A stretch of DNA of 64,000 nucleotides from Bacteroidia bacterium (GTDB lineage Bacteria > Bacteroidota > Bacteroidia > UKL13-3): the NCBI GenBank assembly GCA_044239605.1, contig JBIIBC010000003.1:154287-218286 (forward strand), given 5' to 3'. The notes beneath the pieces are model-generated. The model worked only from the letters and a program-made list of their open reading frames with translations. It had not been told where the DNA came from and searched no databases. Made by a program: the position numbers and the translations under genes. Below, piece after piece: positions 1-10,700 of the stretch. Position 1 is the first letter of the stretch; each line of letters begins with the position of its first letter.

Positions 1-307
1 AAATACCTTTAATATTATCATCGGCAGCTGCCTTTTTAATATTAGCTAAAATATCATCCAAGCCAGCATCTTCTTTACTTTCAAAAGTTTGAAAATTAAA
101 GTTTTTTAAAATATTCTCAGTTGTTCTTTCTGGAATTAAATAGTTAAGATCCAATTTTAAAATGGAATTATTGGGTACTTTAACTTCTTCCTTATTGCCA
201 CTTGATGCCAAGCCAGCTATAGTTGCTATTAATATAAAAAACAACACCACGCCACTTATTATAAATCCTAACATACTGGCAAACATAAATTTGAAAAACT
301 GCTTCAT
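1..307 (-). CDS. sppA: Signal peptide peptidase SppA, N-terminal part (runs off window start)
   Basis: Manual translation from ATG at 307: MKQFFKFMFASMLGFIISGVVLFFILIA...NNSILKLDL...GLDDILANIKKAAADDNIKGI, typical of the 67K SppA N-terminus. Confidence 0.85.
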   Translation of the reverse strand, partial: MKQFFKFMFASMLGFIISGVVLFFILIATIAGLASSGNKEEVKVPNNSILKLDLNYLIPERTTENILKNFNFQTFESKEDAGLDDILANIKKAAADDNIKGI

Positions 308-426
308 AAATTTTTATTGATTAATTGCGCAGCTAATATAGTTTAATAATAAAATAACAGCCCAAATTATTGTTGGAACGAGGTAGCAAAAAGATAAAAG
401 GTATAAATGAATGATGACTAACTATT

Positions 427-1023
427 TTATTTCTTTAACCAACCCGTAATACTCATGCGTGGTTTTTGAGTAACTAATACTTCATGAGGCATTTCATTGC
501 TTTTAAACAATACAGTTGTTCCTTGTTTGGGCTCAATGATTTGTGCTTTACTGTTATGATTGTTATAAACCAAAAGTTCACCACCATCATGAGGTTGCCA
601 GTCTATATTTAAGTAGCTTATTAAAGAAAAAGCTCTGCTTGTATCGTTTTTAAACTGGTCAATGTGTTTGATGTAAAAACTTCCTTTTACATAAAGTGTA
701 TAATGAAATTCGTAATCTGTAATACCTGCATAGCAACTCATGTTTAGGTATTTAATAAAATTTTCTATTTGAATAAAAAACTCATTTTCAGCTTGGTTAT
801 TATTATTTTTATCTAACCAATAAATGGCATCACCTCTTATAGCTAAATTATGATTTGGATTTTGAGAGTTACCTGTGCCAGCGGCTAATAACAAACTATT
901 TTTATTAAGTAAAACAAGGCTGTCTTTTAATTTATTTGCCAACCCATTAGTTAAAAAATTTGATACAATACCAATCCTGTTTTCAATATAACTACCAATT
1001 AAGGCTTCAAACACATCATCCAT
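427..1023 (-). CDS. 2OG-Fe(II) oxygenase (SM-20/prolyl hydroxylase-like)
   Basis: IRGD..W, FYIKHIDQF (HxD), GGEL, PHEV and RMSITGW motifs. Confidence 0.85.
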   Translation of the reverse strand: MDDVFEALIGSYIENRIGIVSNFLTNGLANKLKDSLVLLNKNSLLLAAGTGNSQNPNHNLAIRGDAIYWLDKNNNNQAENEFFIQIENFIKYLNMSCYAGITDYEFHYTLYVKGSFYIKHIDQFKNDTSRAFSLISYLNIDWQPHDGGELLVYNNHNSKAQIIEPKQGTTVLFKSNEMPHEVLVTQKPRMSITGWLKK

Positions 1024-1177
1024 TACGCCACCATACCCTATTTTATTGGTATTTTTACAAGGTAACTAATTAAATGCCAATATTTCTATTTTTATAAAAA
1101 CATGCATTTTAAAAACTTTCTAAATTTTAAACGTGATATTTAAATTAAAATATATTTGATTAATATTACAGCCTAAT

Positions 1178-2530
1178 ATGTATGCAATAGTTGATATTGA
1201 AACTACAGGCGGGCACGCTTCAACCAATGGTATAACCGAAATTTGTATTTTTATTTTTGATGGTGAAAAAGTAATTAACGAATACCAAACTTTAATAAAT
1301 CCGGGAATGGAAATACCCCGTTTTATTGAATCGTTAACAGGTATTAGTAACGAAATGGTAGCCACTGCTCCTTATTTTAACGAAGTGGCTCATCAAATTT
1401 ACAGCCTACTAAAAGATACTATTTTTGTAGCTCATAATGTTAATTTTGATTACTCATTTATCAAACATTCGCTTGGGTTATGTGGCTTTCAACTCAATAC
1501 CAGCAAACTTTGTACTGTTAGGCTAAGCCGAAAAATTATTCCAGGTTATACTAGCTATAGTCTTGGTAATTTATGTGGATATTTGAATATCCCAATGTTT
1601 GATAGACATAGAGCTAAAGGTGATGCTGCTGCTACAGTAAAACTATTTGAAATTTTACTTGAACAGGATAGCCATGGAGATATTGAAAAAATGCTTAAAA
1701 AAGGTTCAAAGGAGCAATCATTACCTCCAAATTTACCTAAACAGCAATTTGAAAAACTACCATCAAAACCTGGTATATACTATTTTCATAATCAGGAAGG
1801 GAAAGTGGTTTATATAGGCAAGGCTATTAATATAAAAAGTAGGGTAAGCAGCCACTTTTCTAACAATTCAACCAATAAACAGAAGCAAGATTTTTTAAGA
1901 GAAATTCACAGTCTTTCATTTGAGGAAACCTCTACAGAGCTTTTGGCTCTTATACTCGAATCGCACGAAATTAAAGCACATTGGCCAGCCTTTAATAAAG
2001 CACAAAAAAAATATGATGCCAAATATGGTTTGTACGACTATACTGATAGAAGCGGTATAATTAGGTTGGGAATTGAAATTATTGGAAAACATAGACACAC
2101 CAAACCATTAATGGAATATAGTTCAAAAACGGAAGCCATTGAACACATTCAACAAATGGTGGAGGTATTTGAATTATGTCCACAATTTTGTGGTGTTCAG
2201 CAAGTTTGTATAAACTCAAACTGCGATTGCAAACAACCCATATCCCTATTTGAATACAATGCAAAAGTAAATGATTTAATAGTTCAACTAAGCAATAAAG
2301 AAAGTTACTTAATAATTGATAAAGGACGAACTAAAAATGAGTTTTCAGCTATTTATGTGAGCAAGGGTAAATTTATTGGCATGGGCTATATACCTGTTGA
2401 AGTTCCAAAAGACAACCTTGATGAAATCATCCATTTTATTAAAAAATACAAAGAGAATTATTTTATAATAAAACAAATAGAATTATTTGCTTTGGCTAAT
2501 CCTGAAAAAGTGATTGAAGTAGCGGATTAA
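1178..2530 (+). CDS. DEDDh 3'-5' exonuclease (Pol III epsilon-like) fused to a GIY-YIG/UvrC-N nuclease domain
   Basis: AIVDIETTG, AHNVNFD, HRAKGDA, then PGIYYF...VYIGKA..IKSRVSSH. Confidence 0.9.
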   Translation: MYAIVDIETTGGHASTNGITEICIFIFDGEKVINEYQTLINPGMEIPRFIESLTGISNEMVATAPYFNEVAHQIYSLLKDTIFVAHNVNFDYSFIKHSLGLCGFQLNTSKLCTVRLSRKIIPGYTSYSLGNLCGYLNIPMFDRHRAKGDAAATVKLFEILLEQDSHGDIEKMLKKGSKEQSLPPNLPKQQFEKLPSKPGIYYFHNQEGKVVYIGKAINIKSRVSSHFSNNSTNKQKQDFLREIHSLSFEETSTELLALILESHEIKAHWPAFNKAQKKYDAKYGLYDYTDRSGIIRLGIEIIGKHRHTKPLMEYSSKTEAIEHIQQMVEVFELCPQFCGVQQVCINSNCDCKQPISLFEYNAKVNDLIVQLSNKESYLIIDKGRTKNEFSAIYVSKGKFIGMGYIPVEVPKDNLDEIIHFIKKYKENYFIIKQIELFALANPEKVIEVAD

Positions 2531-2538
2531 TTAAAAAA

Positions 2539-3567
2539 TTATCTTACCAAAATCACGTTTCCATCAACTGCTTTTTTTCTACCGCTAGCAGTGGTAACCG
2601 TTATCTTATATGTATAATTTCCTAACGCGCTTAATTGTCCATTATAGGTACCATCCCAGCCATTGTTTGTTCCTTCATAAATAAGTTCACCAAAGGCATC
2701 AAAAATTTGCATAAAGTAATCAGTATAATAAGATCCAATGGGCTCAAAAATATCGTTTAAATTATCGTTGTTAGGAGAAAAAGCAGAAGGAATATAGAGG
2801 TCAAGTTTATTCACCACATTATTGGTAATTGAAAACGTATCGCTACAATTAAAACTATTGTATGCAGTTAGTTTAATGGTGTTCAATCCAATCATATTGA
2901 GAATAAAATTAATTGTTGGTTGATTTTGATTCATTGGAATATTATTGATATCCCAAACCCATTTATTTATAGTTAAATCGGTAGCCGTAAATTGAATTTC
3001 ATCGCCAATTATCCAATCCTTTATTTGGTTGGCTGTAAAGTTTGCATTTGGCTTACTAATAACAGTAACTGTTTTAAAAACTGTATCACTTCTACAGCCA
3101 TTATTTTCACCAATTACATAATAGGTTTTAGTGTTTTTTATTTTTTCAACAATGGCATTTCCGTTACTTCCATTGTTCCAAATATAATTAAGGCTTCCAG
3201 AAGCTTGCACTGCAATTAATGAGTCGGCACAAACTAAATCTGGACCAATAATTACCACTTGAGGTTTACTTTGAATTAGAATACTGTCTGTTACCATTTG
3301 ACCTGCGCAACTTGCACCGTTTGTTTCAGTAACTGAAAGGTTAAAAACACCAGCTAAACTACCCCAATTTACAATGATATTACTAGTACCTTGGCCAGCA
3401 ATAATAGACCCTCCAGTAATTTGCCAATTATATGAAGAACCTAAGGTTTCATTTACCTTGTAACGAACATTATTTTCATTTACACAAACAGTATCAAAAT
3501 ACTGCGCATAACCTTTATAGTTAAAGGTTAACACAAACAATAATGATATGTAAATGTATTTTTTCAA
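2539..3567 (-). CDS. PKD/Ig-like domain protein with T9SS type B (gliding motility-associated) CTD
   Basis: Signal peptide; PKD-like repeats; C-terminal YIPSAFSPNNDNLND...GWDGTYNG...GNVILVR. Confidence 0.85.
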   Translation of the reverse strand: MKKYIYISLLFVLTFNYKGYAQYFDTVCVNENNVRYKVNETLGSSYNWQITGGSIIAGQGTSNIIVNWGSLAGVFNLSVTETNGASCAGQMVTDSILIQSKPQVVIIGPDLVCADSLIAVQASGSLNYIWNNGSNGNAIVEKIKNTKTYYVIGENNGCRSDTVFKTVTVISKPNANFTANQIKDWIIGDEIQFTATDLTINKWVWDINNIPMNQNQPTINFILNMIGLNTIKLTAYNSFNCSDTFSITNNVVNKLDLYIPSAFSPNNDNLNDIFEPIGSYYTDYFMQIFDAFGELIYEGTNNGWDGTYNGQLSALGNYTYKITVTTASGRKKAVDGNVILVR

Positions 3568-3582
3568 AAAATTTTTTTAAAA

Positions 3583-4725
3583 TTAATAAACTGATATAAT
3601 TTGGCCAGTAATGGGTGGTTGATTAATGGTAATTGTTTTATTAATTGTTTTGGTGCAACCCAAATTGCTTGTAGCAGTTAAACTTATGGTATAATTAGAT
3701 GCACTAATGTAAGTTTTGTTAAATGTAGATGCTGAATTATTGTTGGGGCTCCCATCTCCAAATGTCCAATTATAGTTAGCTATACTTCCACTAGAAATAG
3801 TGGTATTGTTAGTAAACAAAGTAGCACTACCTGAGCAAAAATTGGTTGTAGAAAAATCAACATTTGGAACAGGAGCGCTAATTATAGAATAACTATAATT
3901 ATTATTATTATTATTACTAATGGTTAATGAACTTAAATCGCAATAGGTTTGATTGACCACACCATTTGGGGCTAATTTATTGATATTATATTTTGAAGTA
4001 AACACATAATAATATATCACTCCCACAGCACTAGGTGTTGGAATTTTAGCGTAGCCATTTAATCCCACAAACTGAGCCTGAACAAGACTAGAAGCAGCAA
4101 AATTTGCACTTGATGAATAGCGTAAAAATACATTTTCTGAACTATTTAATAGTTGATTAGCCCTTAATGAAATATTTACAGAATCGCTACTAGTGCATAC
4201 AGTATCTGGCGATTGCGAATTTACTGCTATGGTGGTTGGGTTAAAATTGGTTTCCCAAACTGCCATGTAATTATTCCCAGCCGAATCACCAATATTAAAA
4301 GTATAATATCTGTTTGCTACAATAGCGGGCAAAAAACCACTTGAACCTCCAGAAGCTAAGTTATACTGAGCAGCAGCATATGCCGGGGCAGATGCAGCAT
4401 GAGGCACAATAATAGAATCTAGACTTGAGATGGTTAGACTACTTAAATAAGGCCTCCAATTAACATTATAATTTGGAGCTCCAGCAGTTCCAATTAAAAA
4501 CTCCCATTTAGAACTGCCACTAATTGCATTACTGTCTGCTTGAAATCTATATTGCCTTAATTTACCAAAAATATTTAGGTTAAACCATTCGAAAGATTTA
4601 ACCTTAGCATCAGTTCCAAGCACAGTAGGTTGTGCCTTAATTTTATTAATAAAGCAAATACCAAAAACGATAAAAATTACAAACTGTAATTGTTTCACCA
4701 AGAGTTTAAAATTTGGTGCTAACAT
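3583..4725 (-). CDS. Secreted protein with C-terminal PKD domain
   Basis: Signal peptide; FTNNTT...YNWTFGDG...YTISLTATSNLGC PKD motif; ends PPITGQIISVY. Confidence 0.75.
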   Translation of the reverse strand: MLAPNFKLLVKQLQFVIFIVFGICFINKIKAQPTVLGTDAKVKSFEWFNLNIFGKLRQYRFQADSNAISGSSKWEFLIGTAGAPNYNVNWRPYLSSLTISSLDSIIVPHAASAPAYAAAQYNLASGGSSGFLPAIVANRYYTFNIGDSAGNNYMAVWETNFNPTTIAVNSQSPDTVCTSSDSVNISLRANQLLNSSENVFLRYSSSANFAASSLVQAQFVGLNGYAKIPTPSAVGVIYYYVFTSKYNINKLAPNGVVNQTYCDLSSLTISNNNNNNYSYSIISAPVPNVDFSTTNFCSGSATLFTNNTTISSGSIANYNWTFGDGSPNNNSASTFNKTYISASNYTISLTATSNLGCTKTINKTITINQPPITGQIISVY

Positions 4726-4761
4726 ACTTATAATTTTTCACAATTACGATAATAATCCTAA

Positions 4762-5121
4762 CTATTTACCCTCTGTTTGTTCTAGTTTCCAGCTAAATAA
4801 CATGGAGAGTTCTTTAGCTTTATCAATAGCTTTTGTTGAAATAACGCCCTCAAAATTTTGGTTTACAGTTTCACAAAAAAGGGTAAGCCAAATATCGAAA
4901 TGAGGTGATTTTATGTTTCTGTTACTATGTGAATCGTATATATTACCTCTAAAACCTGGTTTATCTAATAATATAAAGTACCAAAATTCTTTCATTCTTG
5001 GTAAGTGGTGTTCCCAATTAGTATTCATAAAAAAAGGACCTAAGGTAATATCCTTTTTTACTTTTGTGTAAAAACTGTCAACTAATAAATCAATGTCTTG
5101 TATATTTGTAATATCTTTCAT
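4762..5121 (-). CDS. Group III truncated hemoglobin
   Basis: LVDSFYTKVKKD..LGPFF...WEHHLPRMKEFW...HFDIWLTLF. Confidence 0.9.
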   Translation of the reverse strand: MKDITNIQDIDLLVDSFYTKVKKDITLGPFFMNTNWEHHLPRMKEFWYFILLDKPGFRGNIYDSHSNRNIKSPHFDIWLTLFCETVNQNFEGVISTKAIDKAKELSMLFSWKLEQTEGK

Positions 5122-5124
5122 AAC

Positions 5125-5158
5125 AATAAAGGCTACTTAATTTTAAGCAGCCTTTATT
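5125..5158 (-). terminator. Stem-loop (probable terminator or processing hairpin) between the DUF6588 gene and the globin gene
   Basis: AATAAAGGCTACTTAA-TT-TTAAGCAGCCTTTATT inverted repeat. Confidence 0.55.
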
Positions 5159-5179
5159 AAAAATTATAGAAATTAATTA

Positions 5180-6328
5180 TTATAATTTAGGAATAGGTGC
5201 AAGCTGCTGAATATTGATTGCAAAAGTAGCATTGAAGGTACTAAATTGCTCATTGGCAAATGAATGATTATACTCAGCACCAAAAGCTGCCGGACCCAAC
5301 TTAAATCTAAAACCCAAAGTACCTTTATAGGCTTGTGCTGCTTTGCTTGAAAATGAAATGGGGTCAGTTATATTTTCGGTATATTCCTCTATATTCCCAT
5401 TATTATTTCGCAATGATTTTATTGGAAAAATACCTTTCATAGCAATGTCTGATGTGGCACTATGATAGGTTACTCCAAGATAAGGAGTAAAAAAAAGTAG
5501 TTTTTTAGATACAATTACACCAGCTTGGTAACCTGATGTTTTTATAGTCATTTTTTGAGAATTTTTGTAATCGGAACTAGGCAGCGAACCTGGTAATGAG
5601 GAATTGGCGTTTAAAAAATTTTCTCCAAAAGCAAGTTCCAAATTATTTGTATTGTACGTAGCAATTGCAGCAATATCTATTGGCAATTTTTCAACTCCCC
5701 AAATCCATTGAGATAAAGAGTGTTTTACCCCAAATCCAAATCCATTAGAAGTAAAATCGCCACTTTGAATTGGCATGAGTCTTACCATAATTTCTGTTGA
5801 TTTGATAATACCTAAACTAACCTGAATAAAAGGAGTGGTGCCAACTGATGCAAAACTTCCAGTACCTGAAAATGAATTAATAGTATCAATATATAAACGT
5901 TGTGTGTTATCTAAAGGATTTAAAGTAGAAATAGCAAACCTAGAGCTATTGCCATCACCCATTATTGTAGGCTGTTTAGTATTAATATCACCACTTATGG
6001 GAGTAAGCAAAAAATTACTTTTAGAATCAGTATTTGCACCTATACTGTTTAGAGTAAAAGTTTTAGAATCGTTATTTACTAACGACCCACCAAAACCCAC
6101 TTTAATATCGAAGCCAAGTAACCCCAATGGTTTTGCAGTGCTATACCAAGCGTCATTTATACCACTTGAAAGACCTCTGCTAATGGGCTGTAAATAGCCG
6201 TTTACTATTTTATTGGCTTCCTCTTTTCCTGCTTTTAAAAATGAGGCTGCATCATTTTGTGCAAATAGTACTTTTGTAATAAATAAAATACTTGCTGTAA
6301 ATAGGGTCTTGGTAAATAAGTGTTTCAT
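5180..6328 (-). CDS. DUF6588-like outer-membrane beta-barrel protein
   Basis: Signal peptide from MKHLFT; WYSTAKPLGLLGFDI, GFGVKHSLSQW and VSKKLLFFTPY motifs. Confidence 0.7.
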   Translation of the reverse strand: MKHLFTKTLFTASILFITKVLFAQNDAASFLKAGKEEANKIVNGYLQPISRGLSSGINDAWYSTAKPLGLLGFDIKVGFGGSLVNNDSKTFTLNSIGANTDSKSNFLLTPISGDINTKQPTIMGDGNSSRFAISTLNPLDNTQRLYIDTINSFSGTGSFASVGTTPFIQVSLGIIKSTEIMVRLMPIQSGDFTSNGFGFGVKHSLSQWIWGVEKLPIDIAAIATYNTNNLELAFGENFLNANSSLPGSLPSSDYKNSQKMTIKTSGYQAGVIVSKKLLFFTPYLGVTYHSATSDIAMKGIFPIKSLRNNNGNIEEYTENITDPISFSSKAAQAYKGTLGFRFKLGPAAFGAEYNHSFANEQFSTFNATFAINIQQLAPIPKL

Positions 6329-6472
6329 ACTTGTTATTTTATATAACAAACATATAATTTTTTTACTATTTAGTGTAATATGGAATTTATTATTTATTAA
6401 ATTATATTATAAACAACAGTATTGAAATTATTTGATATCTTAGATATCAAATAATTTTTTTAACCATTAAAA

Positions 6473-6510
6473 CAAAAAAGCTCGTTTCATTTCTGAAACG
6501 AGCTTTTTTG
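6473..6510 (-). terminator. Intrinsic terminator after yceI
   Basis: CAAAAAAGCTCGTTTCA-TTTC-TGAAACGAGCTTTTTTG. Confidence 0.85.
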
Positions 6511-6527
6511 ACAAAAATGGGAACTAA

Positions 6528-7139
6528 TTATTTAGTAGCTACAACTCTAATTACTACATTGAATTTATCATCGATAGCATTATCGCCAATTTCTGCAAAG
6601 AAGTTTTTTGAATTGTATTTAATGTCGTAAGCAGTTCTGTCGATATCGAAGCTAGCATTAGCTACTACTTCGCCAGTTTTTTTAACTACTACAAAAGCAG
6701 GGAATTTTACTTCTTTAGTAATACCTTTAATGGTTAAATCAGCTACAACATTGTAGTTAACAGCACCAGCTTTAGCACCTTTAATTGCTGAAGCAGATTT
6801 GATTTTTAAATTAGCAGTTTTGAAGTTATCAACTGCAAAAAAATCAGCTGACTTTAAGTGACCCATTAATTTGTCGTTCCACTCGCCTGCAGGAAGGTCA
6901 GTACAAGCCATAGATGTCATATCTACATCAAAGCTACCACCTACTAAATTAGCGCCATTCAATTCAACTGTTCCAGTTGCAAATTTAACAGTACCATCGT
7001 GTTTGCCAGTTACTTTTTTAGCGTGCCAGTTAAAAGTAGATTGTTCTGCACTTAATTTGTAAGATGTGTTTGCTGCTGGTTTAAATGCAACCGCTGCTAA
7101 TGATAATGCTGCTACTGCAGCGATAATTAACTTTTTCAT
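6528..7139 (-). CDS. YceI family lipid/polyisoprenoid-binding protein
   Basis: WHAKKVTGKHDG, GHLKSADFFAV, LTIKGITKEV, IDRTAYDIKY. Confidence 0.92.
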   Translation of the reverse strand: MKKLIIAAVAALSLAAVAFKPAANTSYKLSAEQSTFNWHAKKVTGKHDGTVKFATGTVELNGANLVGGSFDVDMTSMACTDLPAGEWNDKLMGHLKSADFFAVDNFKTANLKIKSASAIKGAKAGAVNYNVVADLTIKGITKEVKFPAFVVVKKTGEVVANASFDIDRTAYDIKYNSKNFFAEIGDNAIDDKFNVVIRVVATK

Positions 7140-7161
7140 TTTTATTTATTTTGTTAGGTTT

Positions 7162-7623
7162 TTATTTACTTTTTTGATTTTCTCTTAATTTGTTTAACAA
7201 ATCATTTAGCATATCTGCTTCACTATCTGTTAATTGAATGTTCGACTCGTTTAAAACAATTACTTCATCAAGTTCTAACAATACTTTTAAGCCTTCATGG
7301 GTAATGGTTATTTCCATTTGTCGTTTATCGTTAGGACAAACTTTACGAATGACTAACTTTTTATCTTCCAACTTATCAATTAAGCGCGATGCATTTGATT
7401 GAATATCGAGCATTCTTTCTTGAATTAATCCTATTGAAACAGGTGTACCATTTTGTCCTCTTAAAATACGTAATACATTATATTGCTGTAAACTAAGCCC
7501 AAATGGTTTGAATAAACGTGTTTGCTCCAAGTTTAAAACACTAGCAGTATAAACAACATTTAAATAAGCACGTTGGCGCTTGGTTTTAAATTCTTTTTGT
7601 TTTAACTGTTCTTCGAGTGTCAT
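7162..7623 (-). CDS. MarR family transcriptional regulator
   Basis: LSLQQYNVLRILRG, SNASRLIDKL, DKR...IT..G. Confidence 0.92.
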   Translation of the reverse strand: MTLEEQLKQKEFKTKRQRAYLNVVYTASVLNLEQTRLFKPFGLSLQQYNVLRILRGQNGTPVSIGLIQERMLDIQSNASRLIDKLEDKKLVIRKVCPNDKRQMEITITHEGLKVLLELDEVIVLNESNIQLTDSEADMLNDLLNKLRENQKSK

Positions 7624-7635
7624 TATTAATTCGAG

Positions 7636-7667
7636 TGCAAATTATATGTATATACATACAATTTGCA
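7636..7667. promoter_or_regulatory. Palindromic operator upstream of marR-yceI
   Basis: TGCAAATTATATGTAT|ATACATACAATTTGCA, 15/16 symmetric, 12 nt upstream of the marR start. Confidence 0.65.
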
Positions 7668-7715
7668 ACTTAATTATTTCTAAATGTTTTAATTCATTAG
7701 TAATCAACAAAATAA

Positions 7716-10700
7716 TTATTGTATAGTGTACCTTAAACTAAATCCTCCACTTGAAATTACGGTAGGATATTGATTAGAAGTAAGTGGATTGGTTTGTCGT
7801 CTATCGTAGAAAATTCTTAATTGAAGTTTTTCATTAATTTGGTATTCAATAGTAGGTCGTAAACTATAAATTGTTTGACCAGAAACAGGCTCATTCGACT
7901 CTCTATCCAAATTACGAATTTTAGTTACATTCTCCCTCATTGAAAAATCTAACCTAAAGTTTAAATCATTTTCCAAAACCAATTGACGACTTCTTCCAAA
8001 AGGAATTTTTAGTTTTTTAGCTCTGTAACCAACACCAAACGAAAGCTCTTCACCTAGTTGTTCATTTAGCTGTCGTGAACCAAGTGCTAAATTTAAAGTT
8101 CTATCTTTAATATACCTGAATGACGTGGTTAAATTATTAGTTAAAGTTACCTCTATGCCCAATAAAGGTGCAAAGCGTTCTGTAATTGAAACATTTTTTA
8201 TTACATATTGAGATTGAATATCAGTTTGACCAGCAGCTGTATCAAGTGGAATACTAGAAGGACTCAAAAAATTATTTACTGTGTAAGTAGATGAATAACG
8301 ATGACTTAACGCAATATTAGATGCCCAATTTTTTATAAAACTTAATTTAGTTAGTCCATTATAATTAACAGACCAATTGGGAATAGGAATTTTTGGAAAT
8401 GCTGAAAGCTCCGCATTAGAAGCACTAGAACCACTATATGCAGATAAAAATGCAGGTATTAATACATCTTGACTATACCTACTATATCCTACGATATAAT
8501 CAAAACTATCACGTAATAAACCTTGTGTACTTCCAAATTTTTCAATGGCTAATCTTTCAGATATTTCCTTTCTATTGTTTTCAAATTGTTTGAAAACTTG
8601 CGAAATGCCTTGAGCATTATCAACACTAAAAGCAGTATTTATAGTACTAAATGTAGTGCTAAATGAACCTGATTCTTGAAAGCCAAAATCTTTGAAACTA
8701 TTATCTAAATCATTAAAACGAAAAATTGATGTAGTGTTTTTTTGAGTTGACCTATCAACGTTTAATACAATTCTTAAATCTTCAATTGGATCAAGCGTTA
8801 ATGTACCGGATATTTTTTCCTGTATATTTTGAGCAAACTGATTGTTCATTCTTGAATCGTTGGCTAACCAACCATTTTTAGCAGCATCAAATCTATAATT
8901 AGAATTTTGATCTCCTAAAATAAACCCATAACCAGGTGCTGATAAATCAGTGTTTTGACCAATAAAATCAGGGCGTGGCCTAAAACCTGGAAGCATAGTA
9001 CCATCAGAAATAGTATAGGAGCCATTCAAATTCTTCACACCCATTAATAATTTAAAGAATGTTTTTACAACAGGATTTAATTCTTTAGCTGGTTTTTCCT
9101 CTTTATCTACTTCCTCTTTACCACCCTTTTTATTTTTATCATTACTAATGGCTTTTGGTTTAGGCTTACTGATAGTAGGTGGCGTATTAATATCGCGTAA
9201 AAATTTAAGCTTATTGTACAAAATAGTAAAATTAGCCCCAACATTAACTTGCTGTTGACGAGAATTTTGGATTGTATTTCCTAAACTATCGGCTGCTGGA
9301 GGTGCTTGTCGCCATTGGTAATTTACTGAATAACTATAATTTGATTGGCTAATAAAGTCTAATAAAGGTAGTTTGTTTATTGGCAAATTATAACTTGCCC
9401 TCACATTTTGATCAAATTGAGTTAGGCGGCCACCTTTCCATAAATTATTAAAAATAGTATCACGCTTAGCTTGTTGTGTTTCATCTATTCTTCCGTTGGG
9501 TTCGTCAATACGAGCGTCAGCAATGGCATTGTAATCAAATCTTATACTTTTGGTAAACTGCCAGCCTAAATCGTAAGTTCTACGCATGGTGTAAAGTTTA
9601 TCGTAAAAGGCAGGAATAAAAACACTTCCTCCTGTGTTATCATTAGTTCTATTAATAGTTTCACCATATCTCCTATCAACCTGAACCCTTGCACCCAAAT
9701 TTGATGGTAAAAAATTAAAATTAATATCCTTTATTAAAGCTAAATTTTTTGATTTTATCAACTTGCTGAAAGGTTCAAATGGTTTATTGGTAAAGGTATA
9801 GTTATAACCTACAATGGTTTGATAGTTTTGTAATAAATAACTTTCGTATTGCTGATTTCTTCTAAAGTTTTCACTAAAAGAAAAAGTTGCAGTTAAATTT
9901 TCTAAATCCCAAGGATAGGCCTTTTTACTTCCAATTCTATTTTTGCGAACATTAGTAAAATTAAAAGCACGCTGTGAAGAATAATCATCTGTGGCTCTAG
10001 AAATAAAGGTTTTTCTTTCTTGATTGGTTGTTTGATCAAGTTCTTTTTGAAGTTTGGTATCCATGTTTAAAGGATTGTACAGTGGGCGAATAATTGTACT
10101 ACCATAAGAAAAGAAAAATGGAATAGAAAGGCCCGATTTGGCAGGAAAGAATTTTCCTAATTCAAAATTTGAGGAAATATCATATTTGTATGTATCATCC
10201 ATTGCTCGCTGCTGCAATTTTTTATCAACTCCACCCCATCCATTTGTAATAATACTTCCAGTAAGTTGCACATTCCCAAAGTCTGCCAATTTAGCTTGTA
10301 ATCTTCCGTTTGCAGCCCAACCACCTCTAACATTAAATTCTGTCATGCGCAATTCATTAAACCACACTTCGCCACATACTGGTAAACCATTATCTGTTAA
10401 GCTTCCATTTTGCTTTTTAGGATTACGTATACCTAACATAAAAACACGTGCCTGGCTAAAATCGGGCATACCCACCACAGTAATTTTTGCATTTCCTTTT
10501 TGAACAGAATAAGGTAAAGTGAATGCCCAACTTGCATTATTTCTGGCAATTTTTGCATCTACCAAATCTTCTAATGTAATTACCATTTCATTACCCCAAA
10601 CATTTGCTTTATCAGCTGTTCCGGGTGTAGATAAATTTAAAGGGATTTCATATTCGTAATAATTGTTTACCATATCGGTACCAAAACGAATAAAAGCCCG

